A stretch of 64,000 nucleotides of DNA from Octopus sinensis (Eukaryota): contig NC_043004.1 in assembly GCF_006345805.1 (NCBI RefSeq), positions 11,842,001 to 11,906,000 on the forward strand, given 5' to 3'. The translations under genes and the position numbers were made by a program. The notes under the pieces were generated by a model. It did not search any database, was not told the origin of the DNA, and saw nothing but the letters and a program-made list of their open reading frames with translations. Positions 40,284-51,920 of this stretch are shown here, piece by piece (within the stretch, counting starts at the first letter, position 1; every line of letters begins with the position of its first letter).

Positions 40284-40640
40284 ATGGCTGTGTGGTAAGA
40301 AGCTTGTTTTCCAACCACATGGTTCCGGGTTCAGTCCCACTGCGTGGCACCTTGGGTTCTATAGCCTCAGACCGACCAAAACGTTGTGAGTGGATTTGGT
40401 AGACGGAAACAGAAAGAAGCCTGTCGTATGTATGTGTGTGTGTGTGTGTGTGTGTGTATAGTTGTGTACCATCGCTTGACAACTGATGTTGGTTTGTTTA
40501 CGCCCCCATTACTTAGCGGTTCAGCAAAAGAACCGATAGAATAAGTAAAAGGCTTGCAAAGAATAAGTCCTGGGGTAGATTTGTTTGACTAAAGGCGGTG
40601 TTCCAGCATGGCCGCAGTCAAATGACTGAAACAAGTAAAA
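40284..40640 (+). mobile_element. SINE family A
   Basis: Head to tail present. Confidence 0.9.
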
Positions 40641-40810
40641 GGAATTATATTTACGTATATAATGTAATTTGTATATATGTATATATTTGTATGTATATAA
40701 TGTATATGTTTATGTGTGTTTATGCATATATGTATGTACGTGTATATATACATGTGTATACATGTATGTATACATGTATGTATATGTGTGTGTGTGTGTG
40801 TGTGTGCGTT

Positions 40811-41192
40811 TTACTCTTTTACTTGTTTAAGTCATTTGACTGTGGCCATGCTAGAGCACCACCTTTAGTCGACCAAATCGACCCCAGGACTTGTTCTTTG
40901 TAAGCCTAGTACTTATTCTATCGTTCTCTTTTGCCGAACCGCTAAGTAACGGGGACGTAAACACACCAGCATCGTTTGTCAAGTGATGTTGGGGGGTGGG
41001 GAAAAATACAGATACACACACACACACATACATATATATGAGGGGCTTCTTTCAGTTTCCGTCTATGAAATCCACTCACAAGGCTTTGGTCGGCCCGAGG
41101 CTATAGTAGAAGACACTTACCCAAGGTGCCACGCAGTGGGACTGAATCCGGAACCATGTGGTTCGTTAGCAAGCTACTTACTACAGAGCCAT
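40811..41192 (-). mobile_element. SINE family A, inverted relative to the 40284 copy
   Basis: Head to tail present. Confidence 0.9.
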
Positions 41193-41777
41193 TCTATGTA
41201 CGCATATATGTGTATGTATATGCATGTACGTACGCATATGTATGTATGTGGATGTACGCAGTATATATATATATATGTATGTATGTATGTATAGGCAGAC
41301 ATTACAAATAGTCGTACCCCACGGGAATGAAAATGGAGACGCAACGGATTTCAAAAGCAGAAATGTCAAAATAAAAAGATAAATAAATAAAATAAAGAAA
41401 TAAATATTGTCTCTTTGTTTTTTTACGAAATTGTAATTTCCGTTATTCGAAACGCAAAAATATTAGAAAATATATATAAAAAAAAAACAACAACAACCAA
41501 AAACACTTTTCCCTTCCCACGAGACAGCCCTAACCCAACTCACCCACCCACACACACACACACATACAGACACGTGTGTGTATGTGCATGTGGTTAACAA
41601 GCTTGCTCTGCAGCCATGTGGCTTTTGGTTCAATCCTACCGCGTGGCACCTTGAACGAGTGTCGTCTTCTGTAGCCCTGGATCGACCAATTCTTTATGAA
41701 TGAATTCGCTAGAGGAGGACTGTGGAAGCCCCTCGTTTGTATGTATGTATGTGTGTGTGTGTGTGTGTGTGTGTATT

Positions 41778-42164
41778 GTGGAGGCGCAACGGCCCAGTGG
41801 TTAGGGCAACGGACTAGCCGTCGTAGGATCGCGGTTTCGATTGCCAGACCGGGCGTTGTAAGTGTTTATTGAGCAAAAACATCTAAAGCTCAACGAGGCT
41901 CCAGCAGGGGAGTTTGGCAAACCCTGCTGTACTCTTTCACCACAACTTTCTCTCACACTTTCTTTCTCCCTGTTTCTGCTGTACCTGTATATCAAAGGGC
42001 CAGTCTTGTTACACCCTTGTGTCACGCTGAATCTCACCGAGAACTACGTTAAGGGTACACGTGTCTGTGGAGTGCTCAGTCACTTGCATGTTAATTTCAT
42101 GAGCAGGCTGTTCCGTTGATCGGTCCAACTGGAACCCTTGTCGTCGTAACCGACGGAATGCCAC
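41778..42164 (+). mobile_element. SINE family C, full length
   Basis: tRNA-like head with A/B boxes; tail ...gtcgtaaccgacggaatgccac. Confidence 0.9.
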
Positions 42165-42234
42165 AGTATATATATATATATATATAATGAAAGAAAGAAT
42201 GGAGTCGAACGAAGATTTTAACAAAATTCCTTTA

Positions 42235-42317
42235 CTCTCGACACATGTTTCGAAGACGGCATACTTTTAATTCCGAAGGAATAAAGGGTGCATTATGCCA
42301 TCTTCTCATCAGGAAAG
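42235..42317 (-). ncRNA. Type I hammerhead ribozyme with long stem II, inside a short insert in (TA)n (42187-42368)
   Basis: ctttc CTGATGA gaagatggcata [30 nt] tatgccgtcttc GAA ACATGTGT C gagag: 5-bp stem I, 12-bp stem II, full core, GUC site. Confidence 0.85.
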
Positions 42318-42364
42318 ATAAGGTTAAACGAATTCTCCATGCTAGGATAATTCATTCACCTACT

Positions 42365-42401
<37 letters not shown>

Positions 42402-42836
42402 GTTATATAATTAGGGTTCAGTAAAAAAATTTACTTTACCACACACCGAACTTTTAGAAATAGCAGCCAAAAAATTTTAGCTATTTCTTCTAATTTATGT
42501 ATACACATATATCATACATACATACATATACACATATACATACACGTGTTTGTGTATGCTCCCCCCACCCGCTCACGGCATACCTACCGTTGTTGGTTTG
42601 TGATGTGACCAGGTCTTAGTGGTTCGACAAAAGCACATTGGGAACGATTTGTACAAGAAAAATCTTTCAAAGCGGTGCCCCAGCATGGCCGGAGTCCACT
42701 GACTGAACCAAGTAAAATATAGAAGATATATACAGTTTCTAGTATTTCGAATTTAGTAAATTTTCGATTGAAGAATCGCAAAAACTCGGACTTGCAAACA
42801 TATAGTGGTTGCAGGCTATTCTTTTATTTGTTTCAG

Positions 42837-43206
42837 TCATTTGACTGCGGCCATGCTGGAGCACCACTTTTCGTCGAACAAATCAACTCCAGGACTTAAT
42901 CTTTGTAAGCCTAGTACTTATTTTATCAGTCGCTATTGCCGAAGCGCTAATTTACGAGGACGTAAACACACCAGCATCGGTTGCCAAGCGATGTTGGGGT
43001 GACACAGACACACAAACATACACACACACACACACATATATATACGACGGGCTTCTTTCGGTTTCCGTCTACCAAATCTACTCACAAGGCTTTGGTCGGC
43101 CTGAGGCTATAGTAGAAGACACTTACCCCAGGTGCCACGCAGTCGGACTGAACCCAGAACCATGTGGTTGGTAAGCAAGCTACTTACCACACAGCCACTC
43201 CTGCGC
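42837..43206 (-). mobile_element. SINE family A, full length
   Basis: Head to tail present. Confidence 0.9.
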
Positions 43207-43285
43207 TATATAATAAATGTCTCCTTATGCGTCGCAGTCCAAAAGATGTGGTTATACTGGAGCGTCTCCATTAAATGTATGTCGC

Positions 43286-43357
43286 CTCGCCGACGAGGAG
43301 TCGAACCCCGATCTTTCCCATGACAAGCAGTATTACTTACCACTGTACTGTAGAGGA
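43286..43357 (-). pseudogene. tRNA-Asp(GTC) pseudogene
   Basis: TCCTCTACAGTACAGTGGTAAGTAATACTGCTTGTCATGGGAAAGATCGGGGTTCGACTCCTCGTCGGCGAG is 72 nt and colinear with metazoan tRNA-Asp; acceptor and anticodon stems are disrupted. Confidence 0.85.
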
Positions 43358-43639
43358 CCGGTATTCAATACTTTTTTTTTCTCTTGGTTATAAATCCGTG
43401 CGTGTGTTTAATTTACTTAATAACTGTTTTATTCGGCCCTATGCAACTTAGGTTCGATGAACGACCCTACGAAACTTAAAGTTACATGGAGCCAAATCCG
43501 TCTGTTATAAAATAAATAATATATGTAACCGCTAACCGAACGTATTGAATGCCATTTTCTTTCATTTGTCCACTCAGTCGTGTTAATGTGTGCGTGTGTG
43601 TGTGTACACGAGCTTATCTATCTGTCTAAATATAACATG

Positions 43640-43960
43640 TGACTTCATTGACCGAGGTTACCGTGGTCTTTTCCGTAGGCTTTTCTTTCCACGGGTAAAC
43701 CTCACCTGTCCTCCCCTTTACACTTCTTATTGACATTTCTGTGATTACGATCCCTATTGATCAACTTTTTTTTTTCGTCTTCCCTTTTCTTTCCCCCCCC
43801 TTTTTTTTTTAAAATCCTCCCCTTTTTTTTTGTCCTCTTTCTTTCCTTTTACGATCCCTTTTGATCGAAAACCAACCCCCTCTTTTTTACGCCAAAAGAA
43901 AAGCTCTACCTTGTAATTTGTTCTGTCTGTGTGCAGCCCTGTGTGGCTAATGAAGAAACA
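43640..43960 (+). mobile_element. Probable LINE 3' UTR remnant whose terminus resembles the SINE B tail
   Basis: ttgttctgtctgtgtgcagccctgtgtggctaatgaagaaa versus SINE B ttgtcccctctgtgtttagccccttgtgggtaataaagaaa; upstream sequence unrelated to SINE B. Confidence 0.5.
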
Positions 43961-44872
43961 ACATATAATGTATTTGTGTATATTTATGTACGTTATGTTT
44001 GTTGATGTTTTATTGTCATTGTTGATTTTGTCAGCATCGTTTTTTGCTTTAGCTTTTTTTTTATTATTTTCTCTCCAATATATATTCTTTTTTTTTTCAT
44101 TATTATCTTTTCCCTCCTATTTTCCTCCCCCCTCTCTCTCTCTCTCTCTCTTTTTCTTATTTTTATTTGCCCTCTTCAACTTCCTTTCCTCCCCAGTTTC
44201 CTTACATTATACACATTTCATTAAATTATCCTGAATGAGTTTCAATGATATATATTTTTCACTCGAAGAGACATTTTTCTTTCCGCAATATTGCAATGCC
44301 TAATAGAGAAAGTTTAGCAAAAAATCGCCAACACTGCCACCTAACCAGTCGACTGGTGTGTTTTACGGATGCTTAGATAATATAATTTTAACATTATGAC
44401 TTACAAGAAAATGTCAGCCGGTTTCACAGATCGCGACTGTTTATAGTACACTTTCGTTCGTTTTACCGATTTCTTCATGCTTCGTCTACCTTAAGTCATT
44501 TCACAACTTACCTCGCCTAGTCTTCGTTCGCAATTATATATATATAAGATTGTATGCATACTTCTGGCGTGAGCCAGCTATTGCGAGATGCGTAGAGAGA
44601 GAGAGCGAGAAGGAAGGCGGACTCCCGGTGAGATGAATCGGCCTTCCGGTTTCGATTCCCTGCTGTTAATATACTCTCGAGGAAGGTATGGGCGGTTGCT
44701 CATAACCATTTATCTCCTTTCTGAAACAGCGTGAACTTTTGCCGAAGAACACTTTACATACATACATACATACATACATAGAAATATGCACGCATACATA
44801 CATACGTACATACAAATATGCACGCATACATACTGGCACATATACGTACACACACATATATGTATGTATGTA

Positions 44873-44942
<70 letters not shown>

Positions 44943-45063
44943 CACACACATACCATCATTTGTGTTGTGTGAAGAGGGTAAAGACGGTTCTCTTTGGTCA
45001 GGGTTAGTATCATTATAGCTGGCCCATAAAGCATCAACAAGCTCCGTAAACAGATCGCACACG

Positions 45064-45120
<57 letters not shown>

Positions 45121-45193
45121 CATATATATACACGTGTATATATGTTTGTATGTTTATATATATACATATATACACGTGTATATATGTTTGTAT

Positions 45194-45232
<39 letters not shown>

Positions 45233-45784
45233 TACACGTGTATATATGTTTGTATGTTTATATATATATATATATACACACACACGCGCGTATATATGTT
45301 TGTATGTTTATATATATATGGATACACACATGTATATGTCTCTATGTGTGTATGTGTGTATGTATGGTATATCTATGTGTAGATGCTTATCTCTCTTGGT
45401 GCAATATTTCATACTGCATCTTCTCTGGGAACTGCGACTGATTGCCAGAGGGTATCTGCATCGACTGCTTTCAAATACCAGATAATACAGAAAGCCTAAC
45501 CTTGAGGGTGACGTCTAAGAAGGTTGTGTTATCAGAAAGCGCATATATTACCGGATCCTGTATACTATTTAGTGATTGGTTCGTTTCTCGAGCAAACGCA
45601 TGGTTACAAGGGACACCGAATCAAGGTTACTAAATTGCATCTGGGTTTCTCAAAGTTGTCGGCTTTGTATTGAACAGTATCCTTTTGAATCTAGAGTTTT
45701 GCTGCTCCAGTCGCTCACACCAAACATTTGCCATATTTTACAATGCAATAAAGTAAATTGTGGTCGCTAATACTGTTACATATA

Positions 45785-45911
45785 GTGGCCTGGACCAACG
45801 TAAAATGACATATTTTGCTCAAGAAAACAACACAATAACTAGTCCAGAAATCGAAACCACACGACCTAGCGATCGTGAGTACCATACCCCTAAGCACTAG
45901 GCTACGCACCT
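45785..45911 (-). mobile_element. Old CORE-type tRNA SINE head, same type as 18807
   Basis: tagcctagtgc A box, ggtttcgattt B box, tcttgagcaa. Confidence 0.65.
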
Positions 45912-46382
45912 CTTCTTCTATTCGTTTGGAACGTGAGGAATACGAAACTGTCTTATAGCAATTTTTTGTGATTACAGACAAGCTAGAGTTTTTTCAGATA
46001 AGATATTAAACATGTTTTCCTAGATACATTGTACTTTAAAACACCGCCATGCAAGAGGCGACAATGATGATGATGATGATGATGATGACGACGATGATGG
46101 CAGTAACATGAATAAAGGGCAAAGTTAACCTCGCTGGGGTTTGAACTCGGAGCATTGAGAACTAGAAAGAAAACCCCCAAAATCGTTGTATCCGATGATA
46201 CCACGCACATATATTTGGACTTGGCTTCTCAATTCCTGCTGATCCTTTGCTGTGACATCACATCTATCAGGGACCAAAACCGTATGTTTTCCATATCGGA
46301 AAATAACTAATGCCTTGAGTAGTTGTTCCGTTCTTTTTTCCGTTAAGAATCGACCATTGCAAATCAATTACTGAGGATAGTC

Positions 46383-46419
<37 letters not shown>

Positions 46420-46455
46420 CCCCCTCTCTCTCTCTCTTCTTAGTTGACAACAGAA

Positions 46456-46616
46456 AGGCGCAGGTGTGGCTGTGTGGTAAGAAGTTTGTATCCCAAACAC
46501 ATGCTTCAGAGCTCAGTCCCACTGCGTGCCACCTTGGGCAAGTGTCTTCTACCGTAGCCTCGAGTCTACTAAAGCCTTGTGAATGGATTTGGCAGACAGA
46601 AACTGAAAGAAACCCG
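46456..46616 (+). mobile_element. SINE family A 5' half
   Basis: A/B boxes and CORE-like segment. Confidence 0.85.
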
Positions 46617-46880
46617 TTGTTTGTTTGTATTCCACCTGCCTTCGTCTTTTGTTTATTTCCGTAAACCTGCCTTCGTCTTTTGTCTATTTTCATAAAGCTT
46701 ACCGATATATATATATATATATACATATTCCAAATTTGCAAAAAAACAAAAGACGATGACAGACAAAGGAACAACAAGCAGGTGTATTAGTTTGATGCTC
46801 AGGAAGAATGGAAATGTCTTTGACGTTTCGGGCCTACGCTCTTCGGCAGAAAGGAATGAGAGGAATAAAATGGGAGAGAA
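46617..46880. mobile_element. Inverted pair of family F fragments around (TA)n; hammerhead-like fold at 46818-46853 (-)
   Basis: Matches 25111-25298 in both orientations; cttt CTGCCGA a gagc-gtag-gccc GAA ACGT C aaag. Confidence 0.65.
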
Positions 46881-48013
46881 AAAATGGGCAAGACTTCCGC
46901 CCCCCACCCCCAAAAAAAAAACCCATAAAATTTTATTTTTCGACCCCCCCCCCCTTTCAGCAACGGAGAATACGAATCTGCAAAAAAAAGTTGGGAAAAT
47001 CGACATTTCCAAATTTCCACCCCCACCCCCATTTCCTTCATTTTTAACTTTCTACACAATTTTTTTTTTTAAATATGCAGAAAAATACGGAGATTATGAT
47101 ACTGAAAAAAATTTCCCAAAATCTTTAAAGTATTTTTTTTTTTCCTAAATAATCAGAAAAATATGGACATCATGATTCGGACAAAAATTTCAAAACATTT
47201 CTGTACTTACAGTTAGGGTTTTAAGGTTAGTGTTGGGGAAAAAAAAGTCAAAATTGACGAAGTTGGGGGAATGTGGGGGAAATTTCACAGTGTCGATTTT
47301 TGGCAATTTTCCGAAAACGGGGATATGTGGCAAAAAAAAAAAAATTGGGGAGAAAATGGGGCGGGGACGGGCGGAAAATGTGTAGGGATTAAGAGTAAAA
47401 AGAGAGAAAATGGTCAAGTTATTAAGGTACGAAGTTCAGAAAGTTTAGAAGTCGTGGTAGATTAGTGCGATTTATACATTAACGAAAGTAGCCAGTAAAA
47501 TCCACAGTGGTAGAGTCCGAAAGGGTACGCAGATCCAGTGGTAATCCGGGTGGAGTGATTGTCAGGTGGATGAAAAGAGATACCGAAAGTTCAAGAAGAT
47601 ATATGTATGTGTGTGTTCTTGTTTGTCCTGCGTCACCGCTTGACAACCGTTGTTGGTTTGTTAACGTACTCATGACTTAGTGGTTTGGCAACGGGAAACC
47701 GATAGAATAAACATACCAGACTTAAAAACAAATACTGGGATCGATCTGTTGGACTACACTCTTCAAAGCAGTGCCCCAGCATGGCCGCAGTTCAATGACT
47801 GAAACAAGATAAAAGATATATATTACGCTATGTCCTGTACTTGTTTTCTTGTAAAAAATTTTTGTTTTCCCCGTTTCTACGTCTTGTTGTGGTGTCTGTA
47901 CTTACGTATATTTATTTATATATGCATGTATATATACATGTAGATGTAGGTACATACATATATGTTTGTATGTATGCATATATTTTTATTTATTATATAT
48001 ATAATATATATAT

Positions 48014-48044
<31 letters not shown>

Positions 48045-48046
48045 AA

Positions 48047-48345
48047 GGTTCCGGGTTCAGTCCCACTGCGTGGCACCTTTGGGTAAAGTGTCTCGGGGCC
48101 GACCAAAGCCTTGGGAGTGGATTTGGTAGACGGAAGCTGAAAGAAGCCCGTCGTATATATATATGTGTGTGTGCGTGTTAGTCCTCCCACCACCACCACC
48201 ATCGCTTGACAACCGATGCTGGTGTTTACATCCCCGTAACTTAGCGGTTCGGCAAAAGAGATCGAGAGAATAAGTACTAGGCTTACAAATACTAAAAGCC
48301 GGTGCTCCAGCATGGCCACAGTCAAATGACTAAAAGAATAAAAGA
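48047..48345 (+). mobile_element. SINE family A with deletions
   Basis: B box to tail present. Confidence 0.85.
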
Positions 48346-48390
48346 ACATATATATGTATATATATATATATATATAAAACTCACACACAT

Positions 48391-48429
<39 letters not shown>

Positions 48430-49182
48430 TTTATATTATCATTTAAAAAAAAAACGAAAACAGCCAGTTAACTTCTCATTGCCAACCAGACGTCACATTC
48501 AATTTGCACAATAAGAACATTTTTCAAGAAACTTTTTATCTTATTTTAGTAACTAAAATAATGGCTTGCGGCATACGTCAGCGGTTATTAAAATTTGGAA
48601 CGGGTCCCTTCACACACATTATATATATATTTTATATATATATATATATTATATATACACGTATATGCATGTATACACACACACACAAAGATAGATAGAT
48701 AGATAGATAATGAATGCTCTCAAGACATCCATCAAAATATATTTCGACGCACATATTTTATATTCTGGTCGGTGTGTACAACCTCGGGAAACGGTGTTAT
48801 TACAAAACGTATTAGTTTCATAAACATATATAACAAAAAAAAAAAAAAAAAAGGATTTAAATAACATGTAGAGAAAACGATTGAAACACAAAATATTAAA
48901 GCTAAATTATACATGTATAATAAACCTCTAGAAATGAATATACAGTAAACATCGTAAAAGCATAACTTAAATATTCTTTATTACCAATATAATATACAAA
49001 GCAAGCAACAGCTCCCATATCGCCGTCTTCATCAAAGTGTGAGATTTTTTTCATTAGAGTCAAAATATATCCCAGCTAAAAATCCGTTAAATTTTTGGCT
49101 CGAAATATTCGACTCAGGCAGAAATACCAAAACATATTTCGCTAAATTTATAACATTAGCGAGATGTTGTAGCGCATAATAT

Positions 49183-49700
49183 TGTCGTCGTTGTCGTCGT
49201 CTTCTTCTTCTTCTTCTTCTTCTTCTCTTTTGCTCTCTTTTTTTCTCTTCTTTTCTTTTTCTTCTTTCCTTCTTATTCTTCTTTTCTTCTCTTTTGCTAT
49301 CTTCTTCGACTTCCTTTGCTCTCTTCTTCTTTTTCTTCTTCTCTTTTGCTCTCTTCTTCGTCTTCTTCTCTTTTGCTCTCTTCTTCTTCTTCTTCTTCTT
49401 CTTCTCTTTTGCTCTCTTCTTCTTCTTCTTCTCCTCTTTCGCTCTCTTCTTCGTCTTCTTCTCTTTTGCTCTCTTCTTCTTCTTCTTCTTCTTCTTCTTC
49501 TTCTCCACTTTTGCTCTCTTCATCTCCTCTTTTGCTCTCTTTTCTTCTTTTGCTCTCTTCTTTTTCTTCCTCCTCGCCGTCGTTGTCTTTTTCTTCGTCC
49601 TTATCTTCTTCGTTCATCGTTTTCTTCGTCTTTTCCTTCATGGTTTCCCCCCCCCATCATTTTCTTCTACCTTTCCTTCTTCTTCTTCGTTTTCTTAAAT
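49183..49700. repeat. Polypyrimidine minisatellite [CTCTTTTGCTCT(CTT)n]
   Basis: About 10 units with variable CTT number; explains the K/E/S/F-rich ORFs. Confidence 0.95.
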
Positions 49701-50050
49701 CTTCTTCCTCTGCTTCATATTTCTCTTTACCATGTCTTTTTTTCCCCCGCCTTCCATGCATGTTCGGCAGATTAAAAGTTGAGCATCGGTTTACTTAAAA
49801 CCTCCGTATCTACGTCTCTTGTCGTAAATGATTAACGCTGAGATTATAATTTAAAACAAGACTGGTTAAATTGCCACCATATACAAGCAAAGTACACAAC
49901 TAGAAAATACATTCTAGGCGGTATTTACAAATAAAAGAGATAATTAAAATGTATCTTGGTACATATTTCAATTTCAGTTTATTTCATGGAGACGGAGATG
50001 AATATTGGAAAATAGTTGTATTACGCAGTATCTCTCTATCTATAGATACA

Positions 50051-50352
50051 TGGAGGTACATGGCCTAGTGGTTAGAGTAGCGGACTCGCGGTCGAGGAAT
50101 CGTGGGTTCGAATCTCAGACCGGGCGATGTGTGTGTGTTTTATGAGCAAAACACCTAAGCTCATCGCGGCTCCGCTGGAAGGTAATGGCGAACTTCTGCT
50201 GACTCTTTCGCCACAACTTTCTCTCAATCTTTCCTCCCGCATCTCGCAGCTCACCTGCGATGGACCGGCGTCCCATCCAGGTAGGGAACATATACGCCAA
50301 GGAAACCGGGAAACCGGCCCTTATGAGCCAGGCGTGATCCGAAAGGAACAAA
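50051..50352 (+). mobile_element. SINE with family C-like head and body but a different 3' tail
   Basis: TGGCCTAGTGG A box, GGTTCGAATCT B box; tail cctgcgatggaccggcgtccc...ggaaaccgggaaaccggcc, also seen decayed and inverted at about 19145-19240. Confidence 0.85.
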
Positions 50353-50722
50353 CAAGTTCCGTAAATTTGCAAAGAAAATATATACGCGTTGTAAAAATGT
50401 CTTGAAATTCAAATATAGCCTGGTACTTAGTCTATCGGTCATTTTGCTGAACCGCTAGGTTATTGGAACGTAAATAAACTAACACCTGCCATCAAGCGGT
50501 TGGGGCGCGCATGCATACATGCTCACTCACACACGCATTGTAGGCTTCTTTCAGTTTCCGTCTACCAAATCTACTCTCTAGGCTTTGCTTGACTCGGGGC
50601 AATAGTAGAAGATTCTTGCCCTAAATGCTGTGCAGTGAAACAGAACCTAAGACTATACCGTTGGGAAACAAGCTTCGCAACCACACAGCCGCCCTGGTGT
50701 CTATACGTAACAACAGTGAATC

Positions 50723-50785
50723 GATAGTTTCGATCTGCCGACCTCTGGGTTATGTGTCCAGCCCGCTTCCCCTGCACCACTCTGC
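50723..50785 (-). pseudogene. Initiator tRNA-Met(CAT) pseudogene, 3' acceptor strand lost
   Basis: GCAGAGTGGTGCAGGGGAAGCGGGCTGGACACATAACCCAGAGGTCGGCAGATCGAAACTATC; initiator-specific T-loop GATCGAAAC. Confidence 0.88.
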
Positions 50786-50974
50786 GTGTATGTATGTGTA
50801 TATATATATATATATTTATGTATGTGTGTGTATGTATGTATGTGTGTGTGTATATGTATGTAATTGTGTGTATGTGTACATATATATATATGTACACATA
50901 AAAACACCCACACATACATACATATATATTTATATTATATATATATATATTATATGATATATATATATATATAT

Positions 50975-51140
50975 ATCAATAGAAAGTTCAGTATGTGGCA
51001 AAGTAATTTATTTTACTAAGCCCTAATTATATAATATAATATTTTATATTATATATAATATATAATATATATATATATATATCAATAGAAAGTTCAGTAT
51101 GTGGCAAGTAATTTAATTTTAACTAAGCCCTATTATATAA
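50975..51140. repeat. About 105-bp tandem duplication within (TA)n
   Basis: tcaatagaaagttcagtatgtggcaa...actaagcccta occurs twice. Confidence 0.9.
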
Positions 51141-51146
51141 TATATA

Positions 51147-51190
<44 letters not shown>

Positions 51191-51839
51191 ATGGGTGTGC
51201 TGTGTATGCTTCCGTCTCTGTTGTTTTGTAAAGTCTCGGCTGTATAATTAATTCAGACAGTATTGTGTTGAAAACCAATCAAAGCCGATTCGATCTTGTG
51301 CAGAAATATGCAACTTTCGTTACGTTCGGCGATATACTCTCTCCACAAATGGATTTTGTTTTGTTTTTGTTTTTGTAGTCCGGCTACGGAAACTGTAAAC
51401 AGATGTGTTTACTGACATTGATAAATATGTCTTGATACGAGAGGTGAGATCTTTTCCCATGGGTAGAGATATAAATATACGTTTTATAATATACACAACC
51501 ATTTTACAGAATGGGCATTTCCCACGCTGTCCTCAAGCTGAATATTGCTTTTAGTTGTTCGTACATAGCGTCATTCTTTTCATTAGTCTGAGTGGTGTTT
51601 TAAAAAGAAAAGGGACATGGACACTCTCCTTTCCTTTTTCACTAATTTTTAATGAAAAAACAAATAGACTGACAACCAACAAAGCCCCTTTGCTAATTAT
51701 TACTTAGATTTGTGTTTCTTGTGAGCACCAGGACCCATAAAGCCTGACTGAGCTTAACTTCGTTTCTATAGCAAATGAGTGAGACTGACTGCAACACTCT
51801 TCGCTGAAAGGTTTTTATCCATCATTTTGTTTGTTGTTA

Positions 51840-51883
51840 ACACAACGTTTCGGCTGATATTCCCTCCAGCCTTCATCAGGTGT
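51840..51883 (-). ncRNA. Minimal type I hammerhead motif in the inverted family D arm (about 51822-51915)
   Basis: acac CTGATGA a ggctgg-agggaata-tcagcc GAA ACGT T gtgt. Confidence 0.75.
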
Positions 51884-51920
51884 CTTGGGGGAAATTTCGA
51901 ACCTGGTTTCTCATTATTCT

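Noticed and set aside
46880-47410. Imperfect inverted repeats and several ORFs
   Set aside because: Dominated by homopolymer runs typical of low-quality consensus or a decayed MITE; ends cannot be defined
50975-51140. 105-bp tandem duplication as a biological event
   Set aside because: Copies differ mainly by homopolymer indels within (TA)n, so an assembly artefact is as likely
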